Shown here: in pieces, positions 62,896 through 64,000 of the stretch
How positions within the stretch are numbered: the first letter of the stretch is position 1
How the letters are laid out: every line of letters begins with the position of its first letter
Source of the DNA: Pseudovirgaria hyperparasitica
Lineage: Eukaryota
Assembly: GCA_010093815.1 (NCBI GenBank)
Contig: ML996569.1
Direction: 5' to 3' (one strand)
Length of the DNA: 64,000 bases
The notes under the pieces: model-generated
Seen by the model: the letters and a program-made list of their open reading frames with translations, nothing else
What the model was told of the DNA's origin: nothing
The model's database searches: none
Made by a program: the position numbers and the translations under genes

Positions 62896-64000
62896 ATGGC
62901 ATCTACTCCATCGATGCTCACTAAGGCATGTCGAACTCCGCACGCTTCACCAGCGCTGCCAACTGACTTGATTGATTAGTTTGAATCCAAGTCTTCAAGA
63001 GCGAAGGGTATTGCCTTTCACCCCAAGAGGTCAGATCTCTCAGTTTCCCTACCCCTCCGATATCTTACTAGCATCACAGACCATGGATATTGGTTTCTTT
63101 ACACAGCTCGACGATTCAATTATGGGACTATCGCATGGGCACCCTGATCGACCGCTTTGAAGAGCATGATGGGCCCGTTCGCGGCATCGACTTCCACAAA
63201 ACACAACCCCTCTTCGTTTCTGGCGGTGACGACTACAAGATCAAAGTTTGGTCATATCAAACACGACGATGTCTGTTCACGTTGAATGGTCATTTAGACT
63301 ACGTCAGGACGGTCTTCTTCCATCACGAGCTACCATGGATCCTGTCGAGTTCCGATGACCAGACAATTAGGATCTGGAATTGGCAAAACAGGTCACTCAG
63401 TATGTCAAGAGCCAAGCTTGAGGGTTACTTGGATAACTAACCCATCTTCAGTTTGCACCATGACCGGTCACAATCATTATACTATGTGCGCACAATTCCA
63501 CCCGAAGGAGGACCTCATCGTTTCCGCTTCGCTCGATCAATCCGTAAGAGTGTGGGATATTTCTGGCTTGCGCAAGAAGCATTCTGCTCCAACGTCGATG
63601 ACCTTTGAAGACCAAATGGCTCGTTCGAACCAAAATCAGGCAGATATGTTTGGCAATACAGACGCAGTAGTAAAATTTGTTTTAGAGGGTCACGATCGTG
63701 GAGTCAATTGGGTAGCCTTCCACCCTACTCTACCGCTGATCGTTTCTGCCGGTGATGACAGACTGGTAAAACTCTGGCGCATGAGCGAAACTAAAGCATG
63801 GGAGGTTGACACTTGCCGAGGGCATTTTCAGAACGCCTCAGCTTGTTTGTTCCATCCACATCAGGACCTCATACTTTCTGTCGGCGAAGACAAAACCATT
63901 CGAGTATGGGATTTGAATAAGCGCACATCCGTACAGTCTTTCAAGAGAGAGAATGATCGTTTCTGGGTTATCGCGGCGCATCCAGAGATCAATCTCTTCG
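62896..64000 (+). CDS. COP1/RET1: Coatomer subunit alpha (alpha-COP), 5' part
   Basis: [56 protein letters not shown]...WD40 repeats; runs off the window end. Confidence 0.97.

Overview
Gene-dense, intron-containing chromosomal DNA from a filamentous ascomycete (Pezizomycotina-type GTRNGT/CTRAC/YAG splice signals, mostly 45-80 nt introns). About 24 protein-coding genes can be reconstructed. Most are housekeeping genes: a nucleotide-sugar transporter, GH76 Dfg5/Dcw1, a hotdog thioesterase, the carnitine carrier Crc1, an SDR, TFIIIC delta, a RED-like splicing factor, Wee1/Swe1, Vid27, Lcp5, GH20 hexosaminidase, UGGT, a spherulin-like cupin and alpha-COP. A more loosely packed block at about 19.6-37.2 kb holds an orphan 7-TM protein, a Zn2Cys6 TF, a small 3-exon orphan gene missed by the ORF track, an intronless HET-domain gene and a homeobox-C2H2 TF. 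I found no tRNA, rRNA, CRISPR array or recognisable transposon. The most interesting signals are splicing-level: a 249-nt stop-free in-frame intron (exitron candidate) in Wee1, an upstream in-frame mitochondrial-presequence-like extension of the SDR containing a frame-breaking intron, and a GC-AG intron in alpha-COP. The HET/orphan block is the other candidate. All family assignments come from recognised motifs, not database searches, and none of the novel-system ideas is proven.
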